A stretch of DNA of 64,000 nucleotides from positions 96,001 to 160,000 of the forward strand of contig JBQLZK010000002.1 in NCBI GenBank assembly GCA_052168235.1, given 5' to 3'. The stretch comes from Thainema sp. Its GTDB lineage: Bacteria > Cyanobacteriota > Cyanobacteriia > Phormidesmidales > Phormidesmidaceae. The notes beneath the pieces were generated by a model. It did no database searches and had not been told where the DNA came from. It saw only the letters and a program-made list of their open reading frames with translations. Positions 31,134 through 43,122 of this stretch are shown piece by piece. The translations under genes were made by a program, and so were the position numbers. Numbering within the stretch: position 1 is the stretch's first letter; each line of letters starts with the position of its first letter.

Positions 31134-31415
31134 TTACATCATGTGAACTAAACCTTGCTGGCCGAGTAGGATTTCGCGTACCAGGCTCAAAATCCCGACC
31201 CAGATGATGGGGGAGATGTCAACACCACCCAACGGTGGGATCAGCTTCCGGACGGGAATGAGAAATGGTTCTGTTGGCCAAGCGACTAAATTAAAGGGCA
31301 GACGGTTCAGGTCAGCTTGAGGATACCAGGTCAGCACGATCCGGAAAATAAACAGCAGGATCATGAGTCCGAGTAGAGGCCCAAGAACCCAAGTTGCAGC
31401 AGTTTCAAGCGTCAT
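31134..31415 (-). CDS. YggT family membrane protein
   Basis: 'FIFRIVLTWYP', 'PTEPFL.PVRKLIPPLGGVDISPII'; start set at MTLETAA. Confidence 0.9.
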   Translation of the reverse strand: MTLETAATWVLGPLLGLMILLFIFRIVLTWYPQADLNRLPFNLVAWPTEPFLIPVRKLIPPLGGVDISPIIWVGILSLVREILLGQQGLVHMM

Positions 31416-31695
31416 GTCGTTCAACCCATCCAGTTGCATCATCTTGTTGTCGTTATCATCGACCAAAGCGGCTACCCGTGGCGCATCTTTAGCGATATCT
31501 GTTGGTTTTGTTTGTGTTGTGGAGATATCTAAGCAAATTATAACCTTTTGTAAAGACAAGCGGCCTAGCGGCAACTTGCTGTTTTAAGTACGGTTCAGCA
31601 AATTTAGTTACAATCAAGCTTCTCAAGACTGTAACAGCCCTATAAAATTAAGTTAATAAAGTCAACGTTTCAACCTTTCGGAAAGGTAAGCCATT

Positions 31696-31815
31696 ATGAC
31701 TCCATCTTTGATGAATTTCATTTTAAGCCTGGTAGCGGGTGCAGCAATCGTTGTTATTCCTGCCACTGTTGCCTTGATCTTTATTAGCCAACGCGACAAA
31801 ATTCAACGCAGCTAG
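31696..31815 (+). CDS. psbX: Photosystem II protein PsbX
   Basis: Not in track; MTPSLMNFILSLVAGAAIVVIPATVALIFISQRDKIQRS*; yggT-psbX-ycf66 synteny. Confidence 0.96.
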   Translation: MTPSLMNFILSLVAGAAIVVIPATVALIFISQRDKIQRS

Positions 31816-32218
31816 AACCTTTTAGGGCTAGTAAGCTGCATCTGACTTCCAAGGGACGTACGACGAATGTACGTCCCTATTGTTTAGGTTTAACGGAGAA
31901 TGTGAGCGGTTTACAGTCTGTAGCGATTTGCCCAGTCGGTTTACTACTGACGGTATGCATACAGTATTCGTTAAGAGTTTAGCTTCCATAAACGAACTTG
32001 ATACTATATAAGCTATGTGAAGCTGCTTGAGGCTCGCTAGAATGGGCATGATGATTTAATCATCAGTGTTGCAAAAAACAACTGATTTTGCGTTTAAGTG
32101 CTTGGCTAATACTTAAACCTGTAGTGGCCGAACAAGACTGCACGTTTGGTGTACGTCGATGTTGATATAGGCTGTCTGCGGCTTTGGTGCTGAGTTGTCA
32201 CCTTGAGAGGAATTTACT

Positions 32219-33148
32219 GTGGGTTTTGGTACTCCCGTTCCCCTGCTGTTGGGAATCATCATGATTGTTGGCGCTGTGGCGCTGTTTTTTCTGAATCGGC
32301 TAAAGCCTGGTTATGAGCGCGATATCGATAAGATCTATGCGTTCGCATTCTTGATAGCAGGGATCATCCTGTTGACGGAATGGGATATGTCGTTTCCGGC
32401 AGCAATGCAGCAACTCATCGTGGTGCTATCGCTGATCAGTCTCACGATCCAAAATATCTACTCCCGTACACCGCTGGATCCCCGCGTGGCTCCACCTGTG
32501 GGAGGGTACGATGGCGGACGCGATGACTATCGACCTCCCAGCCGTCCGGACTATCGGCCTGGCCCTCGAACCAATGTGCGAGCAGAGTTGGATCGCAGAG
32601 ACTACATGCCTGACGACCGCTATTATGCGAATCGGCCCATGATCGGGGGACGGGAAGAGCCTTACTACGATGATTATCGGGGTGCTCCTCCCGATGCTTA
32701 CAGCAGCTATCGGCCAGGAACCCCACCGAATAATGGCGTCATCGGTCGTTTACCAGGTAATATGCCAGACCGCTCTGAGCGGGGGATGCGCCCATCTCGC
32801 TCGGATAGTCGCGATCGCACTCCTGATCGTCCCTACAATCAGCCACCCAGTTCATACACTCAGCAGCCACCTGCCGATCCGTACAGTAGCCGTCCACCTG
32901 CTAATAACGAACGTTGGAATGATTGGAACGATCGGCCAGCGCGTCCGTCTTCCCGTCCACTCGGCAACCGTCCCTCTTCGCTAGATGATGCGCGACGCTC
33001 TCCAGCTCCAACCCGGACAGCAGCTCGGTTTGATGCCCATGATCCGGCGGCAACTAACCAGGATGAGCCAATGGCTCCCAGCAACTATGTCGATTACAGT
33101 GCCGTTAACCCAGATGATCGTCCCGATCAGCCACTCAACTTGAGTTAA
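32219..33148 (+). CDS. ycf66: Ycf66 family protein
   Basis: Three N-terminal TMs followed by R/D/P-rich low-complexity tail; downstream of psbX. Confidence 0.75.
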   Translation: MGFGTPVPLLLGIIMIVGAVALFFLNRLKPGYERDIDKIYAFAFLIAGIILLTEWDMSFPAAMQQLIVVLSLISLTIQNIYSRTPLDPRVAPPVGGYDGGRDDYRPPSRPDYRPGPRTNVRAELDRRDYMPDDRYYANRPMIGGREEPYYDDYRGAPPDAYSSYRPGTPPNNGVIGRLPGNMPDRSERGMRPSRSDSRDRTPDRPYNQPPSSYTQQPPADPYSSRPPANNERWNDWNDRPARPSSRPLGNRPSSLDDARRSPAPTRTAARFDAHDPAATNQDEPMAPSNYVDYSAVNPDDRPDQPLNLS

Positions 33149-33167
33149 CGCAGTTTGGATTTAATGC

Positions 33168-33210
33168 AAAAGAGGGCTGGTAGCGTGCTGCGCTGCCAGC
33201 CCTCTTTTTT
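33168..33210. terminator. Bidirectional terminator ycf66/mnmG
   Basis: aaaagagggctggtagcg...cgctgccagccctctttt. Confidence 0.7.
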
Positions 33211-33217
33211 GATTCGA

Positions 33218-35143
33218 TTAGATAGCAGCTTCCTGTTTTGCGGCTGCTTTTTGGCGCGATCGCAGTTCCAGGTACACAATCAGAGCGTTCACATCGGCGG
33301 GATTGACTCCACCAATGCGAGAGGCTTGACCGATCGTGAGCGGCTGCACCTGAGCCAGCTTTTCCCGTGCTTCTTTCGATAACGTTTCAATTTGGTGATA
33401 ATCCAAATCGGACGGCAGCTTGCGATTGGCCTGTTTGAGCACTTGGTCAATCTGATTTTGCTGGCGCTGAATGTAGCCAGAGTACTTGATGTCAATTTCT
33501 GCGCCTTCTTTCTCAGTGCGCTCTAGCGCGGGTTGCCCCAAGCCGTAGTGCTCCAAATTGGCGTAGTGAAATCCGGGCCGCCGCAGCAAATCTGCCAGTG
33601 TAATCGAGCCTTTGATCCGCTGCTGCGTATCCTGCATGATCGCCTGACCAATTTCATCATGCTCTTTAACCCGCGTTTCGTAGAGGCGCTCTTTCTCTGC
33701 CGCAATGTTTTCCTGCTTGTGCTGAAACAACTGCCAGCGGCGGTCATCAATCAAACCAATCTCGCGCCCCAGCGGCGTCAACCGCTGATCGGCATTATCC
33801 GATCGCAGCAGCAGTCGATACTCAGAGCGCGAGGTCAACATGCGATACGGTTCCCGCAGATCCTTGGTGCAGAGATCGTCAATCAGCGTACCGATATAGC
33901 TGCCTTCGCGGGGCAGAATTACCTCATCTTGACCGCGTACAAACCGCGCGGCATTAATGCCTGCGACAATGCCTTGGGCCGCTGCTTCTTCATAACCCGT
34001 AGTGCCGTTGATTTGACCCGCGCAGTACAGACCTTCGATCTTTTTCGTCATCAGGGTCGGGAAACACTGCGTAGCAGGCAGGTAGTCATACTCCACCGCA
34101 TAGGCAGGCCGCAGCATGGCGCAATGTTCCAATCCAGGTAGCGATCGCAGCATGGCGAGCTGAAGCATTTCCGGCAGCCCGGTGGAAAATCCCTGGATAT
34201 ACAGCTCTGGGCTGTCGCGGCCTTCTGGCTCGATAAAGATTTGATGGCTATCTTTGTCGGCAAATCGAACAATTTTATCCTCAATGCTCGGACAATAGCG
34301 TGGCCCTTTAGCATCGACCCAGCCGCCATAGACGGGTGAAAGGTGCAGATTATCCCGAATAATTTGATGCGTTTCTGCCGTCGTCCGCGTCAAGTAACAG
34401 GGCATCTGCTCCCGCTCGATCCAGACCGCCGGATCAAAGCTAAACCAGCGAATATCCTCATCACCGGGTTGGGCTTCCATTTTGGAGTAGTCTACGGAGC
34501 GCCGATCCACACGGGCAGGCGTTCCCGTCTTCAACCGTCCCGTTTCAAAACCGAGCTGGTTCAGCGTCTCCGTTAAGCCAACCGCCGCAAACTCCCCGGC
34601 TCGTCCAGCAGGCATCGATTTATTACCAATCCAGATGCAGCCGCCCAGAAACGTTCCGGTCGTCAGAATGACGGCTTTGCACTTAAACGCCACGCCGAAA
34701 TAGGTCTGTACGCCAACCACTTCATCGTTATGACCCATAACCAAATCTGTTGCCATGCCCTCGCGGATCACCAGGTTGTCCTGATTTTCCACAATGGTTT
34801 TCATGATGGCGGCATATTCGCGCTTATCGGTTTGCGCCCGCAGTGCCCAAACCGCTGGCCCACGGGAGCTATTGAGAATTCGCTTTTGCAGATAGGCACG
34901 ATCGGCCATTTTGCCAATCTCGCCGCCCAGCGCATCGACTTCATGGGTCAATTGCGATTTAGCAGGCCCACCGACAGCAGGATTGCAGGGCTGCCAGGCA
35001 ATTTTGTCGAGGTTGAGCGTCAGCAGCAGCGTCCGACAGCCCAATCGCGCCGTCGCTAAGGCCGCTTCACAACCCGAATGTCCGGCTCCGACGACGACGA
35101 CATCAAATTCATCTAAAAACTCTACATTTGCGAGCCTGACCAT
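33218..35143 (-). CDS. mnmG: tRNA uridine 5-carboxymethylaminomethyl modification enzyme MnmG (GidA)
   Basis: '[12 protein letters not shown]', '[10 protein letters not shown]', 'GRLKTGTP', '[11 protein letters not shown]', '[12 protein letters not shown]'. Confidence 0.98.
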   Translation of the reverse strand: MVRLANVEFLDEFDVVVVGAGHSGCEAALATARLGCRTLLLTLNLDKIAWQPCNPAVGGPAKSQLTHEVDALGGEIGKMADRAYLQKRILNSSRGPAVWALRAQTDKREYAAIMKTIVENQDNLVIREGMATDLVMGHNDEVVGVQTYFGVAFKCKAVILTTGTFLGGCIWIGNKSMPAGRAGEFAAVGLTETLNQLGFETGRLKTGTPARVDRRSVDYSKMEAQPGDEDIRWFSFDPAVWIEREQMPCYLTRTTAETHQIIRDNLHLSPVYGGWVDAKGPRYCPSIEDKIVRFADKDSHQIFIEPEGRDSPELYIQGFSTGLPEMLQLAMLRSLPGLEHCAMLRPAYAVEYDYLPATQCFPTLMTKKIEGLYCAGQINGTTGYEEAAAQGIVAGINAARFVRGQDEVILPREGSYIGTLIDDLCTKDLREPYRMLTSRSEYRLLLRSDNADQRLTPLGREIGLIDDRRWQLFQHKQENIAAEKERLYETRVKEHDEIGQAIMQDTQQRIKGSITLADLLRRPGFHYANLEHYGLGQPALERTEKEGAEIDIKYSGYIQRQQNQIDQVLKQANRKLPSDLDYHQIETLSKEAREKLAQVQPLTIGQASRIGGVNPADVNALIVYLELRSRQKAAAKQEAAI

Positions 35144-35247
35144 ACCTCAACCCGTTGAAGGACACAGTCTCAATTTTAGCGGTTGCGATCGAGGCTTGGA
35201 GTTGCAGATCGATTCTGATCGGCTATGAGGAACCTGAATTAGGGAGC

Positions 35248-35886
35248 TTAGTACTGCTGTTGAGAATAGGCTGGTGGATAGGCATAACTAGACGTGTTAG
35301 GGACAAAGGGTGGTACGCCGGATGACGTGGATCTAGGCTGCTGTACAGGTTGGTTATGTGCTGCCGGTGCCGAATGGGATGCCGTATCTGTGCTGCCTGC
35401 ACGATTAATGTGGACAAAGCTGGGTGTGAAGAGAAAGATGGTTTCACCGAGACGTTCTTGGTCACCATCAATGGCAAACGTGCCGCCAGCGACATAGTCA
35501 ACGGCGCGCTGAGCCTGATCCGGATCCATCCGATCGAGGTTGAGGATAACGGCCTTACGTTCGCGTAGAGCTGCGATCGCACGTGGCATATCTTCAAATG
35601 AATCGGGTTCCAGTACCATAAACTCAACATGCTTTAGCCCCAAACCCGGCATCGCCACAATATTGTTATTGGCGGGATTACCAGCGGGCATTGGATTTAC
35701 AGTGGGCGGCAGGGAAGCACCTGGAACCGCCTGTGGCGATGGAGGAGTCGGATAGGCGGATGCGGTTGGCGCATCATAGCCGTTGTCATAATCGGCATCC
35801 TGGTTGGCATCGTAGACATAGTCGTATTGACTCGCCTCGCTCCAGCCCAAAGAATCTTGTATGCGCTGAAATAAACCCATAGCCAT
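35248..35886 (-). CDS. sepF: Cell division protein SepF homolog
   Basis: '[25 protein letters not shown]...[31 protein letters not shown]'; start uncertain (35880/35886/35904). Confidence 0.85.
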   Translation of the reverse strand: MAMGLFQRIQDSLGWSEASQYDYVYDANQDADYDNGYDAPTASAYPTPPSPQAVPGASLPPTVNPMPAGNPANNNIVAMPGLGLKHVEFMVLEPDSFEDMPRAIAALRERKAVILNLDRMDPDQAQRAVDYVAGGTFAIDGDQERLGETIFLFTPSFVHINRAGSTDTASHSAPAAHNQPVQQPRSTSSGVPPFVPNTSSYAYPPAYSQQQY

Positions 35887-36120
35887 GCCACCTTTAGTTC
35901 GCATGTTCTGTTTTTTTATATCATTTTTAGATTGTTATTGCCAGAGTAAAGATGCGGATTCTTGAGCATCAAGCTGAGTTTTATTCAGTGATTTAGATCG
36001 CTTAAATTCAGATCTTTGATCACTTTTTAGCTGATAAACCAGTGCATCACCTGTTAAATCCAGATGCTTTTGGGCATTCTGAGGCAAAATGCCATATTTC
36101 TCTTGCCAAAGGATGGAGTC

Positions 36121-38164
36121 ATGCTGTATTTAGCATCTCGTTTAATCCGTCGAAGTTCTTTTCTGAGTGGCTTATTTGCGATCGCGCTCAGTCTAACGGT
36201 GCTGACCGGGATTTCTGCACGGGCACATCTGAACTAAACGTGAAGCCGTTGTGGGTGGGTCTGAATAGCTGGCCGGGATTTGATGTGGCGCTGTATGGCT
36301 CCGACGCAGGCATTTTTGAGCAACGGGGACTAGAGGTCGAATTTGTGCGATTCGATGTTGCTCAAGATACGGTACGAGCGCTGCTGCGCGGGTCGCTTGA
36401 TGCGTGTTTGTCTCGCTGTGGGATATTATGCAGGCCGATCCGGGAGAGCATAATCCGGCTTTCATTATGGCAACCAACGTATCGCATGGTTCCGATGGCA
36501 TTGTGGCCCAAGCCGGCATTACTTTGGTGGCTGAGCTGAAAGGAAAAGTTGTCGGCTTGTGCAGAATTACGCGACTCTGCCAGGTGTGGTCGAAATCGCG
36601 ATTTTATCGCCCAATCGGGAAACATTGGCGCGCAGTCCATTTGCGGTCGGGGACGAGTCGTTTGTGCGAGATTATCCCAATTTGATTCCTGTTTTAGAAA
36701 CAGCCGCTTGTACCGGAGTAGCCACCAATTTTCAGACAACTGTCGGTGGTACCCCCGTGCTAGTGGATATTTTGCCGTTTAGCAGCATCCTATTCGGTGC
36801 GGGTCAACGCGGACTTGCGATCGCAATTGTCGATCTGCATCAAATGCAGCAAGAGGCACAATCAACCTTTCTCGCCTCTACCGTTACCATGTTGGGGGGG
36901 CAGCCGTCATTTTGGGGCTCATGGCGCTGTTGGTGCAGCACAACGTTTTGGAACCCATGCGCCAGCTCACCCAAACCGTGAGGCAGAGCCAGAAAACCGG
37001 CAGTTTTCAGCCGCCGTCTCATCTGCCTAATAACGAAATCCAATTCTTGGCCGAGACCTTTAGCACCGTCTTCAAAGAGCTGGAATCCTATCTCCAACTT
37101 CAGCTTGAAATTACGCGTCGGAAAGAAATTGAGACCGAACTGCGGGACAGCGAAGCCAATGAGCGGCGTAAGTCAGAACAGCTTGAAAAAACGCTGGCCG
37201 AATTGCGGCAGGCGCAAGCTCAACTGGTGCAAAGTGACAGGCGCAAGCTCAACTGGTGCAGGCCGAGAAAATGTCCAGTCTGGGTCAACTGGTCGCCGGG
37301 GTAGCCCATGAAATTAATAATCCCGTGAGCTTTATTTACGGCAATCTTGTGCATGCGGAAACGAGCATTGACGATTTGTTGGGGCTGATTGCCCTTTACC
37401 AGCAGCACTATCCTGATCCAAATGCTGAGATTCAAGATGAGATTGAAGCGATTGATCTAGAGTTCTTGATGACTGATCTGCCCAAAATGTTGCACTCAAT
37501 GAGATTAGGGGCTGATCGGATTAGAGATATTGTGATGTCCCTGCACGTGTTTTCGCGTATGGATGAGGCTGAGGTTAAATCGGTGGATTTGCACGAGGGA
37601 CTGGATAGTACCCTAATGATTTTGCAGAGTCGGCTGAGGGAGAAACCTGAGCATCCTGAAATTCAGGTGATTAAGCAATATGGAGATTTGCCTCGGGTTG
37701 AATGCTATGCCGGACAGGTCAATCAGGTGTTTATGAACATCTTGGTCAATGCTATTGATGTGCTGGAAGAGTGCGATCGCAACCGGACTTGGCCGGAAAT
37801 TCAGGCTAACCCCAGCACCATCACAATTTAAACAGAAGCCGTCATCAATCCAACCGATCCCACCGCTGAACCCGAGCGAGTTCGCATCCGCATTCGTAAC
37901 AACGGCTCCGGAATTCCGACAGAAATTCAGGAACGGCTGTTTGACCCTTTTTTCACCACTAAATCCGTTGGCAAAGGTATGGGTTTAGGTCTATCGATTA
38001 GCCACCAAATTATTATGGGTAAACACAATGGCCAGCTGACATGCTACTCCACCGTAGGCGAAGGCGCTGAGTTTGTGATTGAACTGCCGTGCTACGTGCC
38101 AATCACAGAACGCCTATCCTTTCGCCAGAAACAAGGTCTGAAACCGACAGTGACGAAGAACTAG
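36121..38164 (+). pseudogene. Decayed ABC substrate-binding (SsuA/NMT1-like) / HAMP-histidine kinase locus
   Basis: Pieces in different frames: signal peptide at 36121, 'LNSWPGFD...GIFEQRGLEVEFVRF', 'NVSHGSDGIVA', HAMP-like, 'AGVAHEINNP'; in-frame TAA at 37829-37831 before the G boxes; several frameshifts. Confidence 0.85.
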
Positions 38165-38324
38165 ACCCCACCATCATGCTGGTGCCACCGGATACTCAGT
38201 GATTAATGGTTATTGCTTGTGACCTAATGTCAATCCAAACGCCAATCTAATGGTGTGAAATGCCTGCACAGCCAAAGTTTCACATCATCAGGCACGGGTT
38301 TTCTAACCAGGCTTCAAATCAACC

Positions 38325-39380
38325 CTATGGGTAGAAGCTCATTTGGGGGAGTCCTAACGTTTCCTCCCAGCCCATCATGATATTCAGACACTGTACGGCT
38401 TGACCCGCCTGCCCCTTCATCAAATTGTCGATCGCCGACATGACGATAACTCGATCGGTGCGGGGATCAACCTCAATGCCGATGTAGCAATTGTTGGTGC
38501 CGTAGGCCCATTTGGTTTGAGGATAGACGCCGTTGGGCAGCATCTTTACCCAGGGACAGTTGCGATAGAAGGCACTGTAGATCGTTAATAAATCATCACG
38601 TACCAGACCTGGATCGCGCAGCGTGGCATAAACCGTTGCCAAAATTCCCCGCACCATTGGGATCAGGTGAGGCGTAAACTGCACGAGCACTTCATGTCCG
38701 GCTAGGCGGCTGCAGATTTGCTCAATTTCTGGTGTGTGGCGATGACGGGCCACGCCGTAGGCCGCTAAGGAATTATCAGCTTCAGCCAGCAACAAGTGCG
38801 TTTTAGCCTGCCGTCCGCCGCCGGATGTGCCGGATTTGGCATCGACAATGGCAGTTTCGGTCAAAATCAAGCCTTGCTTCATCAACGGCGACAGAGCCAG
38901 CAAGCTCGCGGTGGGGTAGCAGCCTGGACAGCCGATTAGTTGGGCTTCGGCAATGCGATCGCGATATAGCTCCGGCAGACCATACACTGCTGTTTCCGCG
39001 ACGGCTTTGTCCTGCCGTTCTTTGCCATACCATATTTCATAGGTGCCCAAATCAGAGAAGCGGTAGTCGGCTGACAGATCCAGCACCTTGCAGCCCTTCT
39101 CTAGTAGGGGCGGAGCCATCTCACAGGCTAAGCCATTCGGCAGGGATAGAAACACAACATCACAGCGGCGGGCGATTTCGTCTAGGTCAATTGCTTCTAC
39201 TTTCAAGTCAAACTGGCGCGTCAGATGAGGATAAATATCGGAAAAAGCTTGCCCGGCGCTGCTATCACCACCGAGATACACAATCTCTGTTTTGGGGTGT
39301 TCGCTGAGGAGCCTAACCAGTTGAATGCCGCCGTAACCCGATGCACCAATAATTCCGATGGATAGCTCAGAATCGCCCAT
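38325..39380 (-). CDS. argC: N-acetyl-gamma-glutamyl-phosphate reductase
   Basis: 'IIGASGYGG', 'DLSADYR', 'PGCYPT', 'SGTSGGG', '[14 protein letters not shown]'. Confidence 0.97.
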   Translation of the reverse strand: MGDSELSIGIIGASGYGGIQLVRLLSEHPKTEIVYLGGDSSAGQAFSDIYPHLTRQFDLKVEAIDLDEIARRCDVVFLSLPNGLACEMAPPLLEKGCKVLDLSADYRFSDLGTYEIWYGKERQDKAVAETAVYGLPELYRDRIAEAQLIGCPGCYPTASLLALSPLMKQGLILTETAIVDAKSGTSGGGRQAKTHLLLAEADNSLAAYGVARHRHTPEIEQICSRLAGHEVLVQFTPHLIPMVRGILATVYATLRDPGLVRDDLLTIYSAFYRNCPWVKMLPNGVYPQTKWAYGTNNCYIGIEVDPRTDRVIVMSAIDNLMKGQAGQAVQCLNIMMGWEETLGLPQMSFYP

Positions 39381-39789
39381 AATCGATCGCCTACACAAAC
39401 GTAATGTCAACAGTAGTATTGGTTATCTCGGTCTGTCAAAAAACTGTCAACGTCTTGCCAAAACCAGTTGACGCTGCCGCATCAACTTTGCAGAGTCATG
39501 ATATGTGGAGCAGGGAAATGGTGTCTCCCTCCGCAGTTGGGCGTTGAGTTTTAGCTGTGAGCAAATCTTGACAGTCGAATTTGACAGCTTTCCCTAACAG
39601 TCGTGATTGGATTGTAGTACCAAATATTCAGATTGATCCGCTGATCCCCAGAGATGTTGTTGGCGATACATGACGCAGGCAGCATCCGGGCTTTGGCGTT
39701 ACAGATCAAAATACAACCAGCGGTGTATTTGTATTTTTTGTTAAGTTAAGTTACAGTGGGTCTAATAAGAAATGTATTGAGGATTTCAC

Positions 39790-39960
39790 ATGCCATATAC
39801 GAGTGAAGAGGGTGGTCGCTTAAACAACTTTGCAGTTGAACCAAAGATGTATGAAGCAGAACCCCCTTCTAAAGGGCAAATGATTAACTACGTCATTTTA
39901 GGCGCTGGTGCGATCGCACTTATTGGTGGTCTATTTTTCGTAGCTGCTTCTGTTTCATAA
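39790..39960 (+). CDS. psb34: Photosystem II assembly factor Psb34 (ssl1498 family)
   Basis: Not in track; MPYTSEEGGRLNNFAVEPKMYEAEPPSKGQMINYVILGAGAIALIGGLFFVAASVS*; 'LNNFA.EPKMY.A' motif plus one TM. Confidence 0.88.
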   Translation: MPYTSEEGGRLNNFAVEPKMYEAEPPSKGQMINYVILGAGAIALIGGLFFVAASVS

Positions 39961-40152
39961 GATATTAATTCTTAAATAAAACGATTTTGATCCAAATCAG
40001 AATTTAACGCACCTGCTGTTTCTAGATGAAGTGGCGGGTGTTTTGGCTTTAAGCACTCAGAGCGCTCACGTTTTTGCGATCTCACGATCGCCACGTCGCC
40101 TCTCCTTCCGTCATTCACTGTCGCCGTTGAGTCGTTGATTGATCACTGACAG

Positions 40153-40710
40153 ATGCCTATACTTACCTCCACCAACTTTGAGGGACTTGTCAATCGCCGA
40201 TTTCTGAAAAACTTGTTGCCTCAGCCCGCTCGCCCTGTTTTGTCGCTGGGCAATTCAACGCCTGATTTTGAACTCTTTTGCATTCAGCAGCAGCAGATCA
40301 TTCGGCTGTCCCAACTGATTCAGGCAAAACGACCAATTCTCCTGGCTTTTACGCGCATTTTTACTGAAAATCAGTACTGTCCGCTCTGCTTTCCCCATAT
40401 TCAAGCACTGAATCGTCAGTATCAGCAATTTCAGCAACTTGGCGTAGACGTATTCATGATTACGAGTACGGACTATGACCAAAGCACAATCGTCGTACGC
40501 GATCTGGGGCTAAAAATTCCGCTACTCAGCGATCCGACCTGTGAAGTCTTTCGCCGCTATGGGCTGGGGCAAGCGCTGGGTGCGCCACTGCCGGCGCAGT
40601 TTTTGCTCGATCAAACGGGACGCTTGCAGTATGCCCATCTCTTTTCGTTTTTATCTCACAATGCGGATGTAGACGGGTTGCTGTCCGTCGCACAGGCTTG
40701 TTGTGTATGA
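40153..40710 (+). CDS. Peroxiredoxin-like (AhpC/TSA, redoxin) protein
   Basis: 'PDFEL', 'LAFTRIFTENQYCPLCFPH', 'LLSDP', thioredoxin-fold pattern. Confidence 0.85.
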   Translation: MPILTSTNFEGLVNRRFLKNLLPQPARPVLSLGNSTPDFELFCIQQQQIIRLSQLIQAKRPILLAFTRIFTENQYCPLCFPHIQALNRQYQQFQQLGVDVFMITSTDYDQSTIVVRDLGLKIPLLSDPTCEVFRRYGLGQALGAPLPAQFLLDQTGRLQYAHLFSFLSHNADVDGLLSVAQACCV

Positions 40711-40777
40711 GTTGCAAAAACAAAAGAGAGCGGTCAGCTTAGCTGATCGCCCTCTTTTGGTTATTGGTCTTTATCAA

Positions 40778-40866
40778 CGGAGAGAGAGGGATTCGAACCC
40801 TCGATGGAGTTTAACCCCCATAACTCCTTAGCAGGGAGCCGCTTTCAACCACTCAGCCATCTCTCC
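40778..40866 (-). tRNA. trnS: tRNA-Ser (GCT)
   Basis: GGAGAGATGGCTGAGTGGTTGAAAGCGGCTCC-CTGCTAA-GGAG...GGTTCGAATCCCTCTCTCTCCG; long variable arm. Confidence 0.97.
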
Positions 40867-41534
40867 AAGCGGAACTGGATAATTATCATAACAGATGAGG
40901 CTGCCAAAGTTGAGTGCGATCGCACAGATTTTCGACAAAAATTAGTGCCTTAAGTTACTGAACAATAGGCCAGTCAAGGATTACAGATGATTTATTGACG
41001 AATTATCAACACAGCAGTTTGCTCTTTCTGAATAAAACGCTTTCTATATTGATGCGCTTCCGTCTACGGCCAAATGCCTTTTCTAGGTTTGATGAAGAGA
41101 TTAATCGTCAAATGTGATCGATAAAGCACACTTTTTTATGGATTTGCAATCAAAATTAACGTATGCCCATAGAGTAGCTTCATACAATATGAATGCACTT
41201 TTAGACTGATGAAGTTCCCTGACGCTACGTTTTAGAACAAAAACAGGCAATACGGTTAGTTTTGGCAGTATTGCTACCAATCGGTCATTAGTTTTTGGCT
41301 ATCCAATCACCTGCGCAGACTGGCAGCGTTTAGATACAACACTTACAACTAATCCAGCTTTCATTTGCAGATACAGGTGCGGCACTCGAGTTCTCGTGAT
41401 TTTTAGTTTTTAGTTTTTTTGTGCTCGTAGTTTTTTGAGTTTACCGTTACGTGGCTGCTCCTGACTTGATTCAGTGAGTTGGAGTACCAGAAAGAGCTGT
41501 GAATTCAATTCTTTGAAGAATTTTTAGAAACATT

Positions 41535-42812
41535 ATGTTATCCCAAAATTTAAACCACATTGCCTTGATCTCTGTTCATGGCGATCCTGCCGTTGAAATT
41601 GGTAAAGAAGAAGCGGGCGGCCAAAATGTCTATGTCCGCTGTGTCGGGGAAGCACTGGCTCGTCAAGGCTGGCAGGTGGACTTATTCACTCGCCGTACCA
41701 GCCCTGAGCAAGAGCCGATTGTTCAACATGCCGATAACTGCCGCACCATTCGCTTAACGGCTGGCGAGGCAGACTTTATTCCCCGCGATGAAATTTTTAA
41801 TAGCTTGCCGATTTTTGTCGAGCAATTCCTAGACACCCAGCGAGAACTGGGAATTCGTTATCCCCTCATCCACACAAATTATTGGCTGTCGGGCTGGGTT
41901 GGACTAGAGCTGAAAACGCGGCAAAACATTCAGCTGGTGCATACCTATCATTCGCTGGGGGCTGTGAAATATCAAAACACGTCGATGGTGCCGCTGATTG
42001 CTAAAACTCGGCTGGCTGTCGAAAAAGCCTGTTTAGAGCAGGCTAATCGGGTAGTGGCGACGAGTCCACAAGAAGAACAGCATCTGCGATCGCTGGTTTC
42101 TCGCCAAGGGTACACCGAGGTGATTCCCTGCGCGACGGATGTTGAGCGCTTCGGATCAATCAGCCGCATTCAGGCGCGGCAGCATTTGGGGATCGATTTG
42201 GACATCCAAATGATTTTCTATGTGGGTCGTTTCGATCCGCGAAAGGGCATTGAAACTCTGGTGCGAGCCGTCAATCAGATTCAGTCAACGAATTGCGATC
42301 GCAACTTGCGTCTTGTAATTGGAGGCGGCAGTCGTCCCGGTCGCAGCGATGGTCAAGAACGCGATCGCATCGAAGGCATTGTGAACAGTTTAGGTCTGGA
42401 ATCATTTACCGAGTTCCCAGGCCGGATCAGTGATGAAAACTTGCCGATTTACTATGCTGCCGCTGATGTGGTGGTGGTGCCCAGTCACTATGAACCCTTT
42501 GGATTGGTTGCAATTGAAGCAATGGCCAGCGGTACACCTGTGGTTGCCAGCGATGTCGGTGGACTGCAATTTACCGTGATTCCAGAACAAACGGGGTTGC
42601 GAGTGCCACCGAAAGATGTGGCTGGGTTTGCTCAAGCGATTCAGCGAATTCTGGATAATCCTGATTGGCAGCACCAACTCGGCCAAAATGCCCGTCAGCG
42701 AGTTGAACAGCAATTTAGCTGGGACGGCATTGCCGCAGAATTGAGCCATCTTTATTGCAAACTGTTGGCAGAGGGCGATCAGAATTTGACGCTAACCTCT
42801 GCAACCGCATAA
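41535..42812 (+). CDS. GT4 glycosyltransferase (SpsB/MshA-like)
   Basis: 'ISVHGDP...EAGGQNVYV', 'HTNYWLS', 'HTYHSLG', 'VGRFDPRKG', 'EPFGLVAIEAMA'. Confidence 0.9.
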   Translation: MLSQNLNHIALISVHGDPAVEIGKEEAGGQNVYVRCVGEALARQGWQVDLFTRRTSPEQEPIVQHADNCRTIRLTAGEADFIPRDEIFNSLPIFVEQFLDTQRELGIRYPLIHTNYWLSGWVGLELKTRQNIQLVHTYHSLGAVKYQNTSMVPLIAKTRLAVEKACLEQANRVVATSPQEEQHLRSLVSRQGYTEVIPCATDVERFGSISRIQARQHLGIDLDIQMIFYVGRFDPRKGIETLVRAVNQIQSTNCDRNLRLVIGGGSRPGRSDGQERDRIEGIVNSLGLESFTEFPGRISDENLPIYYAAADVVVVPSHYEPFGLVAIEAMASGTPVVASDVGGLQFTVIPEQTGLRVPPKDVAGFAQAIQRILDNPDWQHQLGQNARQRVEQQFSWDGIAAELSHLYCKLLAEGDQNLTLTSATA

Positions 42813-42924
42813 AGAACAGCAGGAATCTCTTATGTTTGCGAAATTAATCTGAATCTGTGGAGGGGAAAAGCATCAGCCTATGCTGAATCCGCCCGTCGCA
42901 ACTCATGCAGGAACCGCAGACTGT

Positions 42925-42962
42925 TAAATCTATTTATTTCCGATAAATCTATTTATTTCCGA
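42925..42962. repeat. Perfect 19-bp tandem duplication
   Basis: taaatctatttatttccga x2. Confidence 0.9.
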
Positions 42963-43108
42963 GAGAGTAAGGCTCTACTTCGCTCTGCTGTGGATCAAGG
43001 TGCATTGAGCTCAGCTGAACAGGCAGTAAAACGGCTCAATGCACCAGCAAATAAGGCTTGACGAATGTTAATCTGTGTTGCTTTATCAGCAAATCCTGAC
43101 AGGATTGT

Positions 43109-43122
43109 GTATTTTTTGATAC
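43109..43122. promoter_or_regulatory. Putative NtcA site upstream of pckA
   Basis: tGTA-TTTTTTGA-TAC matches GTA-N8-TAC, about 120 bp upstream of the ATG. Confidence 0.5.

Noticed and set aside
32442..35228. Numerous antisense and alternative-frame ORFs over ycf66 and mnmG (and similar ones elsewhere)
   Set aside because: Shadow ORFs of well-supported genes, with no recognisable motifs.
29274..40866. tRNA-anchored genomic island between the two tRNAs
   Set aside because: Flanking genes are core genes; no att duplication or integrase was seen.
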